A stretch of DNA of 62,848 nt, counting the filler, from Bacteriovoracaceae bacterium (lineage in GTDB: Bacteria > Bdellovibrionota > Bacteriovoracia > Bacteriovoracales > Bacteriovoracaceae): NCBI GenBank assembly GCA_018649885.1. It is 3 parts of 3 records of this genome, joined end to end, with 100 filler letters (N's around TTAATTAATTAA, not from the genome) between each part and the next. Parts side by side here need not be neighbours in the genome. Positions count along the whole stretch, not along the records: positions 1 to 24,663 come from JABIHA010000014.1; 2 more parts are not named here. The stretch is one strand, 5' to 3'. Under the pieces are notes generated by a model that had not been told where the DNA came from, searched no databases, and was given only the letters and a program-made list of their open reading frames with translations. How positions within the stretch are numbered: position 1 is the stretch's first letter; every line of letters begins with the position of its first letter. A program made the translations under genes and the position numbers. Of this stretch, positions 1 to 9,215 are shown one piece after another.

Positions 1-2
1 AT

Positions 3-89
3 GAATTAGGATTTATTGACGATATAGAATATAAATTCACATCGGGAGAAAGCCCCTTTAACTTCCGAGTAGTTAAGAAAAACACATAG
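3..89 (+). CDS. 3' end of a gene truncated by the window edge (ELGFIDDIEYKFTSGESPFNFRVVKKNT*), unknown product
   Basis: Frame is open from the window start to TAG at 87-89; converges on ychF. Confidence 0.4.
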   Translation, partial: ELGFIDDIEYKFTSGESPFNFRVVKKNT

Positions 90-218
90 TGTAAAGTATG
101 TGTCGCTAATAAATAGTAAAGTATGTCTCGGAAAGTTCAAAGTTCATCTTGAGAGGCGAAGGCGAGGGCGACGTATTAGGTAAACGGCAACGGAAAAAGA
201 AGGGGGAATATTAGTTAA

Positions 219-1328
219 CTAAACATTAAACCTAAAATGCATAATATCACCATCTTTCACGACATACTCTTTGCCTTCAATTCTTAACTTTCCAGCTTCT
301 TTAACTTTTTGCTCTGTGCCGTGCTCAATAAGGTCTTCATAGTGATATACCTCAGCCTTGATAAAACCTTTTTCAAAGTCAGTGTGGATAACAGCTGCTG
401 CCTGAGGAGCCTTACTTCCGCTTTGAAAAGTCCAAGCTCTCACTTCCTTTTCTCCAGCAGTAAAGTATGTTTTTAAATCTAGAAGATCGTAACCAGCCTT
501 TATTAAAACCACGAGACCAGAATGCTCGATTCCAACAGACTCTAAAAATTCAGCCCTCTCTTCTTTAGTATCAAGACCCGCAATTTCAGATTCAATTTTT
601 CCACAAATTTTTGAAACTGCACTTCCTTCGGCTTCTGCAATTTCTCTAACTTGTTTAACAAAATCATTATCTTCGTGAATTGTATCCTCATCAACATTAC
701 AGGCGTAAAGAACTTTTTTGAGTGTTATTAAATGCAGGTCATGTAGGGCCTCAATTTCTTCTTTGTTGAAATCAACTGATCTAGCAAGCTTTCCCTCTTC
801 AAGAGAATCCTTTAATTTAAGTAAAATTGGCTTTGTAAATTTCGCCTGATTTGACACCTTTTTATCTTGGGACTTAATCATTTTATCAATATTTTGAAGT
901 CGTTTATCAACTGTTTCTAAATCTGCAAGGGCCAGCTCCATATTAATGGTTTCGATATCGCCTTTGGGATCTATTTTTCCGTGTACATGAACAATATCAT
1001 CATCAGAAAAGCATCTCACAACATGAATTAGGGCCCCCACCTGTCTAATATGGCCAAGAAATTGATTACCAAGTCCTTCACCTTTTGAGGCTCCCTTTAC
1101 AAGACCTGCAATATCAACAAACTCAACCATCGCTGGAATGGTTTTTTGTGGAGGTATTCTTTTACAAATCTCATCCATTCTCTTATCTGGGACTTCAACA
1201 ACTCCAACATTGGGATCAATTGTGCAAAAGGGATAGTTTGCAGCTTCTGCCGGAGCCGAAGTTAGAGCGTTAAAGATTGTCGATTTCCCAACATTTGGTA
1301 AGCCTACAATTCCACAATTAAGTCCCAT
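219..1328 (-). CDS. ychF: Ribosome-binding ATPase YchF (Obg family)
   Basis: [13 protein letters not shown]-loop, [18 protein letters not shown]-terminal TGS domain ending FRFNV. Confidence 0.98.
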   Translation of the reverse strand: MGLNCGIVGLPNVGKSTIFNALTSAPAEAANYPFCTIDPNVGVVEVPDKRMDEICKRIPPQKTIPAMVEFVDIAGLVKGASKGEGLGNQFLGHIRQVGALIHVVRCFSDDDIVHVHGKIDPKGDIETINMELALADLETVDKRLQNIDKMIKSQDKKVSNQAKFTKPILLKLKDSLEEGKLARSVDFNKEEIEALHDLHLITLKKVLYACNVDEDTIHEDNDFVKQVREIAEAEGSAVSKICGKIESEIAGLDTKEERAEFLESVGIEHSGLVVLIKAGYDLLDLKTYFTAGEKEVRAWTFQSGSKAPQAAAVIHTDFEKGFIKAEVYHYEDLIEHGTEQKVKEAGKLRIEGKEYVVKDGDIMHFRFNV

Positions 1329-1343
1329 AATATTATCCCTTAT

Positions 1344-1913
1344 TTAAAATGCCATTTTATTAGAAAATTTACCTGCTGCTTTCTGAAACCCCTGTGACAT
1401 AAACTCTTCGATTGCACCGGCTGAATAAATTAAAAAATCTTCAAGGTTTTTATCTTGATTTGATGTAAATTTACTCAAAACCCAAGAACTCACATTTCCA
1501 TGTGGTGGCCTATCAATTCCAAGTCTTAGTCTTAAAAAATCTTGAGATCCAAGACTCTTGGCAATAGACTTCAAGCCGTTGTGACCAGCAAGGCCTCCAC
1601 CTTTTTTGAAGGCGACTTTCCCAAAATCCATATCCAGTTCATCGTGGACAACTAAAATATCCCCCATGGGTATTTTGAAAAAATTCACTACCTCTCTCAC
1701 ACTCTCACCACTCAAATTCATAAAAGTCATCGGTTTGAGAATAAAGACCTTTCCAAGCTTACTTTGATAGGTTGTGAAATGGCCTCTGTATTTACTATTC
1801 CATCTGAGCTCACTATGGAAACTCAATTGATCTACAGCAAGCCAGCCAATATTGTGCTTAGTTAATTCATGCTCTGGACCAGGATTACCGAGAGCGACGA
1901 CCAGACGATTCAT
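1344..1913 (-). CDS. pth: Peptidyl-tRNA hydrolase
   Basis: LGNPG..T.HNIG, KP.TFMNLSG, HDELD, GHNGLKS motifs. Confidence 0.97.
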   Translation of the reverse strand: MNRLVVALGNPGPEHELTKHNIGWLAVDQLSFHSELRWNSKYRGHFTTYQSKLGKVFILKPMTFMNLSGESVREVVNFFKIPMGDILVVHDELDMDFGKVAFKKGGGLAGHNGLKSIAKSLGSQDFLRLRLGIDRPPHGNVSSWVLSKFTSNQDKNLEDFLIYSAGAIEEFMSQGFQKAAGKFSNKMAF

Positions 1914-1915
1914 CT

Positions 1916-2860
1916 CTAGATGAAAAGAGAGCTCACAGAATCATTATTAAATGTTCTGTGTATCGCTTTAGAGATTAGCTCAGAGGTTGAAACGACTTTG
2001 ATCTTATCAATACTCAAACCTCTTTCAGCAAGAGGTATTGTATCAGTAATAATAACACTATCTAGTGCATCACATGTTTCGATCCTATCAAGTGCAGGGT
2101 CCGAAAAAATTGCATGGGTGGCACAAGCATATATTTTATTAGCACCATGATCTTTCAATGCATTGACACCTTCAATCAGGGTTCCAGCTGTATCAATCAT
2201 GTCATCCACAATCACACAGTCTTTACCCGAAACGTCACCAACCACATGCATGGCCTTAGCGACATTTTTACCAGTTCTTCTTTTATCAATCATCGCCAGT
2301 TCACATTTAAGTTTTTTAGCATAATGACGGACTCTCTCAACCCCACCACTATCAGGTGAAATCGCAATAAGATTTTCCATTGGAATATTTTTTTTGATGT
2401 ATTTTAGTAAAACAGGCGATGAATAAATATTGTCCATAGGAATATTGAAAAATCCCTGAATCTGGCCAGCATGTAAATCAAGAGTCATTACTCTTGTTGC
2501 CCCTGCTGTAGACAATAAATCAGCCACAAGCTTTGAAGTAATAGGGGTTCTAGGACTCACCTTTCTGTCCTGCCGAGAATAACCAAAGTGAGGCATTACA
2601 GCCGTGATTGTTTTTGCTGATGCTCTTTTTAGAGCATCGATCATGATCAAAAGCTCCATAAGATTATCATTTACTGGACTTGAGGTAGACTGAACGATGA
2701 ATACATCTGCTCCCCTCACATTTTTTTCGATCTCACAGCAGTACTCGCCGTTGGCAAATCTAACAATCTGAGGATCAACTAGTTGAACGTCGAGATGTTC
2801 AGAGACTTGAGATGAAAGGCCTGGATTAGATGATCCAGAAATTAGTACTAGACGATTCAT
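1916..2860 (-). CDS. prs: Ribose-phosphate pyrophosphokinase
   Basis: GYSRQDRK, DLHAGQIQGFF, PRPP-binding VDDMIDTAGT. Confidence 0.98.
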   Translation of the reverse strand: MNRLVLISGSSNPGLSSQVSEHLDVQLVDPQIVRFANGEYCCEIEKNVRGADVFIVQSTSSPVNDNLMELLIMIDALKRASAKTITAVMPHFGYSRQDRKVSPRTPITSKLVADLLSTAGATRVMTLDLHAGQIQGFFNIPMDNIYSSPVLLKYIKKNIPMENLIAISPDSGGVERVRHYAKKLKCELAMIDKRRTGKNVAKAMHVVGDVSGKDCVIVDDMIDTAGTLIEGVNALKDHGANKIYACATHAIFSDPALDRIETCDALDSVIITDTIPLAERGLSIDKIKVVSTSELISKAIHRTFNNDSVSSLFI

Positions 2861-2879
2861 TTAGCCCCCAAGGAGAGAA

Positions 2880-2954
2880 TGGTTGGGGTGGCAGGATTCG
2901 AACCTGCGAATGGCAGAATCAAAATCTGCTGTCTTGCCGCTTGACGACACCCCA
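2880..2954 (-). tRNA. tRNA-Gln (TTG) with encoded CCA
   Basis: Reverse complement TGGGGTGTCGTCAAGCGGCAAGACAGCAGATTTTGATTCTGCCATTCGCAGGTTCGAATCCTGCCACCCCAACCA: acceptor stem TGGGGTG/CACCCCA, anticodon TTG, T-loop TTCGAAT; usual position upstream of prs. Confidence 0.97.
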
Positions 2955-3024
2955 ACTAATAGGATTTTCGGTGAATATACTGTGAGCATAACAAGGCGTC
3001 CATAAAAAATATAGAAGAAATAGG

Positions 3025-4923
3025 TTAAAAAGCCTCATCTTTATAAAGCGTTGGGCAATCTAGAAGTCCCATCTTACTTCCCATGCGCAATGCAAAGTTT
3101 TGAAAGACTCTAAAGCTTACACCCGCACCAGAAAGTGGAAATTTAACATCACTCCTCCTTCCTTCATGCCCTGCCCAAATAATCGCAAGTCTGTAGCCGT
3201 CAAATCCCACAAACCAAGCATCATATCCGTTATTTGTAGTGCCGGTTTTCCCAAAAAATTGAAAACCCTTAAGCCTTTTAGAAATCACTTTTCTAAGTGT
3301 AGTTATATTTGGATCTTTTAGTGCATCTAGTACCATTCCGTTATGTGGATTTTCATCTCGCCCATAACACTCTGCTTCTAGGAACTTTTTATAAGTATTT
3401 GCAACTTGCTCCACACTTAATTCTACTGCTCCAATCAATTGCGAGGGGTATTCACTAAGCGGACTTTTCAAACCCTCAATATCTAACGCAAGCAAGGCCT
3501 CAAGGTTGTCAAAGCCCAATTCACTGGCAATGCGAATTGTCGGTCTGTTCCTAGAAAGCTGTAGGGCCTGTCTAACTGTGAGCTCCTCATCATCAATAGA
3601 GTAAGCTTCCTTCGGAGACCAAAGGCCAGATTTTAAATTTAAACTTATTTCTCCGCTAGAAACTATGTCATCAAATGACTTTCCAAGACCTAGGTATGCC
3701 TTGTAAATAACGGGTTTTAAAATACTTCCCACCTGGTGCTTTTCCCTAGAGTAAGCAGTTTCTGAATTCTTTTCTTCCTTGGAATAATAAAAGTAAGGCT
3801 TACAGTCTTTGCATCTAATATCCAGATATACTGCCTTGATAGCTAAATCTGAATCCCCTTTAATACTCTTTCTAATTCTACTAAGCTGCTCCCTCGCAAC
3901 CTTATTGAAAACATAGGACTCATACTCAGAAAATAATTGAATTTTTTTCTTTTTAGTAAGCTTCCAAAATGCCAAATAGGGTTTCGTAGTATTTTTTTTG
4001 ACCAAAGAAGAAATAAATCTTTTCCAGCGTCTTTCACTCCAAGCCTTTTCTGAAGCTGCAATCAAATTTAATTCTTTAAGTTTATTAAAAACAATTTCGA
4101 CTCTTCCTCGCAATCTTTTGGTTTTATTTATGGGGTGGTAATAATAAGGGCCTTTTAGCATGGAGATTAAAATCGCCATTTCATAATCCTCGAGCTGACT
4201 TATTTTCTTATCAAAATAAAAAATGGAAGCAGAGTAAGCCCCCTTTATTCTGACCCCCTGTAATGCTCCCCAAAATACTTCATTTAAATAAGCATTTAAT
4301 ATTTCTTCCTTTCTAAATTTAGATTCAATATAAACAGAAAGAATCATCTCTTTGAGTTTTCTTTTAATGGTCTTTTCATTTGTTAAAAAGAGGTTCTTGA
4401 CCAATTGTTGAGTCAAAGTAGAGCCGCCTTGAACCATTTTTAATTCTTTTATGTCAGCCACAAGAGCTCGCAGAATGGATAAATAATCTACCCCCGAGTG
4501 CTGCAAGAATCGATTATCTTCAATGCCAATGAGCCCCTTCCACAATTTGGCGGGTAATTTATTAAAATCTAGTCGGTGTTGGTAACAGTAGGGAAACTCA
4601 CAATGATTGTCAGTAAGGGGCGACAGACTTAAGTCTTTTGTCACAAGTATATAGCCATCCGGTTTGCGTACTAAATCGCCTGATTCAAATTTTGACTTAA
4701 TCTCCGTAATTTCTTCTGAAAAAATGAGATAACTTTTAAGGTCGCCCAGTAGGACTGTTGAATCTGACTCCAAGAGAGTCTTTTGAGGAGAGAGTGTTGG
4801 CCGCTTCGCCTCATGAAAAATGTTTAACTCACTGCCGCTTATGATATAAAAACACCACCCAAAAAATATCAAAGCAGTGCCAAGTGCCACCGCAAGAAAA
4901 ATGAATGTTAGCTTTTTAACCAT
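3025..4923 (-). CDS. mrcB: Class A penicillin-binding protein (transglycosylase/transpeptidase, PBP1B-like)
   Basis: N-terminal TM; GT51 motifs EDNRF..H.G, GGSTLTQQL.KN, RKLKE; transpeptidase SxxK (SILK), SxN (SRN), KTG. Confidence 0.85.
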   Translation of the reverse strand: MVKKLTFIFLAVALGTALIFFGWCFYIISGSELNIFHEAKRPTLSPQKTLLESDSTVLLGDLKSYLIFSEEITEIKSKFESGDLVRKPDGYILVTKDLSLSPLTDNHCEFPYCYQHRLDFNKLPAKLWKGLIGIEDNRFLQHSGVDYLSILRALVADIKELKMVQGGSTLTQQLVKNLFLTNEKTIKRKLKEMILSVYIESKFRKEEILNAYLNEVFWGALQGVRIKGAYSASIFYFDKKISQLEDYEMAILISMLKGPYYYHPINKTKRLRGRVEIVFNKLKELNLIAASEKAWSERRWKRFISSLVKKNTTKPYLAFWKLTKKKKIQLFSEYESYVFNKVAREQLSRIRKSIKGDSDLAIKAVYLDIRCKDCKPYFYYSKEEKNSETAYSREKHQVGSILKPVIYKAYLGLGKSFDDIVSSGEISLNLKSGLWSPKEAYSIDDEELTVRQALQLSRNRPTIRIASELGFDNLEALLALDIEGLKSPLSEYPSQLIGAVELSVEQVANTYKKFLEAECYGRDENPHNGMVLDALKDPNITTLRKVISKRLKGFQFFGKTGTTNNGYDAWFVGFDGYRLAIIWAGHEGRRSDVKFPLSGAGVSFRVFQNFALRMGSKMGLLDCPTLYKDEAF

Positions 4924-5048
4924 AAGCTGCTCAGCACCCCAAAACCTCTACCTGATGTTTAATTGCCAGTTTGCCCCTTATTTTCTATTATTCATACTTT
5001 AAAACGTCAGCTTGCTGCCCGTAAAGAGAACTCAAATCGGAAGACTTA

Positions 5049-6578
5049 ATGAACCAATTGTATAAAGTATTAATTATCACTACCACGGCCCTCACATTTA
5101 TAGGGTCAGCATTTTCCATGCCAATAGATTGGAAGGGAACTTTTGGAGTCGACACAACTCTCATCGATTCTTATCGAAGAAGTGATGCCCTTATCAACAG
5201 CGGGACTTATGGGAACGTTGGATCAGAGACTCTCAATAACTCTTACGGAAACAGAAAAAATGCTTCCTTTCAAAGTTATATTTTCAGACTGAATCCATCT
5301 ATTATTATCAATGACTCAGTAACAATTACTGGTGAAATGACTACCGGTTACGGTGGCGGTGGAATGGTTGGCGATGACTTTTCTCAGAGAAAAAAGCTAG
5401 CTGCTGGTACCCTCAATAAAACATTCGGTAATGCGCTCTACATGTACAATACCTCAAGTGGAAGTTCTAACTTAAGCCTTACTAAATTCTACATGGAACT
5501 TTATAGTGACACTGCTACTTATGTTATTGGTAGACATCCTTTTGGATGGGGTCTCGGAGCTCTTTATAATGATGGTGCTGAAGCTTGGGACAGACACTCT
5601 AGTATCAGAGACGGTATCACAGCAAAATTCAAACTTAGCAATTTCCATATCTATCCCTTTTGGTCAAAAATCCAATCTTCAGGACAGCTCACAAAAGCAA
5701 CTGATATTACTGAATGGGGGGTCTCAGTTCTTTACTCCAGCACAGAAAAAGATTTTAAATTTGGGATACTATTTAGCAAACGAAGTTCTAATGCTCAAAA
5801 TGCATCTCTTGCCAGTGGAAATGTTTCTGGTGGTAGCCTAGCAACTAATTCAACCCTAGGGGATACCAATGTTAAGGCATGGGATTTTTATGTTGATAAA
5901 AGTTTCGGTGCATACAGTGTAGGCATTGAAGTTCCAATAGTAGGTGGTGACGTAGGCCAGGTCTACAATACTGGTGGTTACACAAGTGGTGGTGACTATA
6001 AGCAAACTGAAACTAAAATGAAGTCCATGGCAGTCATTCTAGAAAATAAATTAGAGCTAAGTGATAGATGGAATCTTAACTTAGACTTAGGACATGTTTC
6101 TGGAGACGATGGCGGACAAACAAAATATGAAGCTACGTACCTTCATCCAAACTACCAAATCGCCAACCTCATGTTCCGCTATAACCTTCTGGCGATTACG
6201 GACCCTGATCAATACATCTACGACTCATACATAGTAAATGCAAAGTACGCTAAGCTTCACGGAAAATATCAAAATGATACTTGGAGCTTTAGCACTGCCC
6301 TAATCTATGCAGTTGCAAATGAAGCTCCTAAAGGTGGCGGAAAAGGGTTTGATGAAAAGACCAACGCAAGCTTTACTGCCAGCGGAAAACAAGACAAAGA
6401 ATACGGCTGGGAAGTTGATATGGGCCTCGAATATGCTTGGAACCCCAATGTTAAAATTGGTCTCGATTCAGGTTATCATTTTGTTGGGGACTATTATAAA
6501 TACACCAACTCTAACGGAACAAAACAAAAAATCACCAACACATTCATGGCCCAAGCTCGCGTAGGAATTGCTTTCTAG
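5049..6578 (+). CDS. Outer-membrane beta-barrel/porin-like protein
   Basis: Signal peptide, alternating amphipathic strands rich in G/Y/F, C-terminal Phe (..ARVGIAF). Confidence 0.75.
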   Translation: MNQLYKVLIITTTALTFIGSAFSMPIDWKGTFGVDTTLIDSYRRSDALINSGTYGNVGSETLNNSYGNRKNASFQSYIFRLNPSIIINDSVTITGEMTTGYGGGGMVGDDFSQRKKLAAGTLNKTFGNALYMYNTSSGSSNLSLTKFYMELYSDTATYVIGRHPFGWGLGALYNDGAEAWDRHSSIRDGITAKFKLSNFHIYPFWSKIQSSGQLTKATDITEWGVSVLYSSTEKDFKFGILFSKRSSNAQNASLASGNVSGGSLATNSTLGDTNVKAWDFYVDKSFGAYSVGIEVPIVGGDVGQVYNTGGYTSGGDYKQTETKMKSMAVILENKLELSDRWNLNLDLGHVSGDDGGQTKYEATYLHPNYQIANLMFRYNLLAITDPDQYIYDSYIVNAKYAKLHGKYQNDTWSFSTALIYAVANEAPKGGGKGFDEKTNASFTASGKQDKEYGWEVDMGLEYAWNPNVKIGLDSGYHFVGDYYKYTNSNGTKQKITNTFMAQARVGIAF

Positions 6579-6587
6579 AGAGATTTT

Positions 6588-9122
6588 TTAGCGAAAACCA
6601 AATGGATTGCCATTAGACGACCCGGGTACTGTTGTTTGAGGTGACCAACCACCTTGTGTGCCCCATCCACCTTGTGCTCCACCTTGCGCGCCCCAACCAC
6701 CTTGTACGCCACCTTGAACTCCCCATCCGCCCTGTTGTGGGAATGGGTATTGGTAGTTGTACTGTTGTTGTTGTGGATAATATCCCTGCTGAGGATAGTA
6801 TCCCTGTTGAGGATAATACCCTTGCTGTGGATAATAGCCTTGTTGACCATTAACTCCAACGCCTACCTGAAAGCCAGATTGTTGTGATAAAAATGGATTG
6901 TAACCAGGTGGATACCCTTGTTGTTGTTGACCTCCTCCATTAGCAAAATTAAATGGTCCATTGCTCCACTGACTTCCTCTTGCAAGTGCGCTATCTCTAG
7001 CCTCATCGTCGTCGTCATCTTTTCTACGTGAGTCGTAGTCATCATCATCGTCGTCATCGTCATCATCGCCACCGCTCAAACTTGCAAAGCGAGATCGACC
7101 GCTTCCGCCATTAGCCTTTTCATATTCTTCGGCTAAATCCTCAAGCCTTTCTGCTTCAGCAACTTCTCTCGATTCATCTCTATTAATTTGAGCTAACTTT
7201 TTGGCATGTCGGTATTGAAAGCAAAAGTAATCTTCATATGCATAAGCACAATCTTTCATTTTACGGTTGGTATGACCTCGATAGCTTACAACTCCAGGAC
7301 ATTTTTTAGCAGCATCACATCTTCGGCCTGCAACATTTATGACACTATCACCATCTTCTTGCATTTCTTTTCCTATATCTGAAAGACAACTTGAAATACG
7401 TGGATTGCTATTAACAACTCCCAGGTTTCCAATACAACTAGCTGAAAGAGGGTTACTTCCACAGTAGCTCGTCATACTTCCACAGTAGGATTTCAAACTG
7501 CTGGCAGCATCTGACATAGCTCTTTTATACTTCTCGTCTTCATCCTCTCTATCTTCTTCAAACTGTCTTATAAGTTTTCTGGAACTTGGAGCGGCTTCGT
7601 ATCCATTTTGAACTCGCCAATCTCTTCGAGTAGATTTTTGCTCATCTTTATATTCATCTTTTTTCTCTACTATAAAAGCATCTATGTGGGCCGGAGAAAT
7701 AAATTCACCTTCGTGATCACCATCACTATGAGTTGCAGCTAATTTATTCCAAGCTTTATAGGTTAAAAGTCCATGCATTCTCTCAGCCAACACAAAGTCA
7801 CCAGCCTTCTCAAGCTCAGTTACCTTTGTATCTGGAAGATATGTATCAAAAATTCTTTGAATATCGCCTTTTATTACATCCATTTGAGATTCAAGATCTC
7901 TAAGTTTCCTTTCAATACTGGCAGTCACTTTGCCTTTTCTAAGTGGTAACCACTTTTTGTAAAGGGCCCTAAGCTCATCAATTTTTGGATCGAGAACATC
8001 TGCTCCAAACTGCTCTATAAGGTCATATACTTTTGTACCTCCTACAATAGAATCATACTTTTCAGGGTCATCTAAAGCTTCCATATATCTGTAAAATTCA
8101 GCTTCGCCTTTTTGTGCACGCATTGAAAGGAGCTCTGATTCAAGTTGGGTAAACCCATATATGGCAGACTTATCTATAGCATCATCTAGTGCCTCTGGGG
8201 CAGCATCCTGACAAGCGTCAAGAACAATTTGGCTAACTTTTGGTAGAATTTTAAATTTTTCATCACCCACTAGAGCAGCTGGTTGCTCATATAGAGCACA
8301 GCCCAAAAGACCGTGTTCATCAGCAGTGTGAACTGGTGCAGGGCCAAAACCAAAAGGAGTTTCTCTCAAAGAATGAGGACCCTTTGACTTCCAAACAACA
8401 GTAACCTTATTATCACCTAGATCTTGAACGCCTTCACCATTGGGCATAACGATCGTATCAGTTTTACTCATATTTAGATTTGGTGTTAGTCTGCCATCTA
8501 CTCTTAGAAATGGTAGTGTTGAATTGGGATCTTCACTAGAGCACGCTTCCATCATACTTTCGAAAGATTTTGAGCTTCTAAATAGAAGCGAAAAAGCAAA
8601 TATTTTACTCTCGTCATTCTCTCCAGGCTCGATAGTCGTTCTTAGCTTTACATGATCTTTTAAACAAGCGTGGATTGGACCAATATGATACCCTACTTGA
8701 CCAGTGGGAAAACCATCTTTTGTTTTTCTTTTATAACTTACTCTTGTGCCTCTTCTGTCCCCTGCAAAACGGTGAAGAACAGCTAAGGGTACAGACTCTT
8801 GAGGAGTATCGCGACTCCCACAACTTCCCTTTGCTTCATATTCGACTTCTACTCTTCCTGCTGTAACTGTTTCCACAATTGGGTTTCCTGAACCTCTGAT
8901 TGGAGGACGTGCCACATGAGGCTGAGAAGTTGCTGGCTCAGAAAGCCCGTCATATACATTTACACTGTAATCTATGGCATCGACCGAAAAACTTTGAGTT
9001 GGGGTAGTAGTATCTTCCTCAGGAGCTGCTGCTTTGATGTTACCAATAGTAATAAACGACACGCACAACACGATTAAAAACCACGTCTTTTTCGTCTTGA
9101 ACATCCTATTAGCTATTAGCAT
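6588..9122 (-). CDS. Large secreted hypothetical protein with helical middle, Cys-rich region, poly-Asp tract and Q/G/Y/P/W-rich low-complexity C-terminus
   Basis: 844-aa ORF, N-terminal signal peptide (..IKA/AA), (QQGYYP)x4 and QGGWG repeats. Confidence 0.85.
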   Translation of the reverse strand: MLIANRMFKTKKTWFLIVLCVSFITIGNIKAAAPEEDTTTPTQSFSVDAIDYSVNVYDGLSEPATSQPHVARPPIRGSGNPIVETVTAGRVEVEYEAKGSCGSRDTPQESVPLAVLHRFAGDRRGTRVSYKRKTKDGFPTGQVGYHIGPIHACLKDHVKLRTTIEPGENDESKIFAFSLLFRSSKSFESMMEACSSEDPNSTLPFLRVDGRLTPNLNMSKTDTIVMPNGEGVQDLGDNKVTVVWKSKGPHSLRETPFGFGPAPVHTADEHGLLGCALYEQPAALVGDEKFKILPKVSQIVLDACQDAAPEALDDAIDKSAIYGFTQLESELLSMRAQKGEAEFYRYMEALDDPEKYDSIVGGTKVYDLIEQFGADVLDPKIDELRALYKKWLPLRKGKVTASIERKLRDLESQMDVIKGDIQRIFDTYLPDTKVTELEKAGDFVLAERMHGLLTYKAWNKLAATHSDGDHEGEFISPAHIDAFIVEKKDEYKDEQKSTRRDWRVQNGYEAAPSSRKLIRQFEEDREDEDEKYKRAMSDAASSLKSYCGSMTSYCGSNPLSASCIGNLGVVNSNPRISSCLSDIGKEMQEDGDSVINVAGRRCDAAKKCPGVVSYRGHTNRKMKDCAYAYEDYFCFQYRHAKKLAQINRDESREVAEAERLEDLAEEYEKANGGSGRSRFASLSGGDDDDDDDDDDYDSRRKDDDDDEARDSALARGSQWSNGPFNFANGGGQQQQGYPPGYNPFLSQQSGFQVGVGVNGQQGYYPQQGYYPQQGYYPQQGYYPQQQQYNYQYPFPQQGGWGVQGGVQGGWGAQGGAQGGWGTQGGWSPQTTVPGSSNGNPFGFR
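6774..6845 (-). repeat. Four 18-bp coding tandem repeats encoding QQGYYP
   Basis: CAACAAGGCTATTATCCA / CAGCAAGGGTATTATCCT / CAACAGGGATACTATCCT / CAGCAGGGATATTATCCA; all differences are synonymous. Confidence 0.9.
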
Positions 9123-9163
9123 AATTTAAATCCTACTTCTCGCACAAGTAACACTTGCTATGA

Positions 9164-9192
9164 GTATCGGACAATTTAGTACTTGGCCTTAG
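9164..9192 (-). promoter_or_regulatory. Putative sigma28 (FliA) promoter of the 844-aa gene
   Basis: Minus strand CTAAG-N16-TCCGATAC compared with consensus TAAA-N15-GCCGATAA. Confidence 0.5.
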
Positions 9193-9215
9193 CGCTGGCG
9201 TTTAAAAACTAAAAG

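Noticed and set aside
6575..7072. Alternative-frame and antisense ORFs over the low-complexity tail
   Set aside because: These are shadows of the repetitive coding sequence; the synonymous variation supports only the 844-aa frame.
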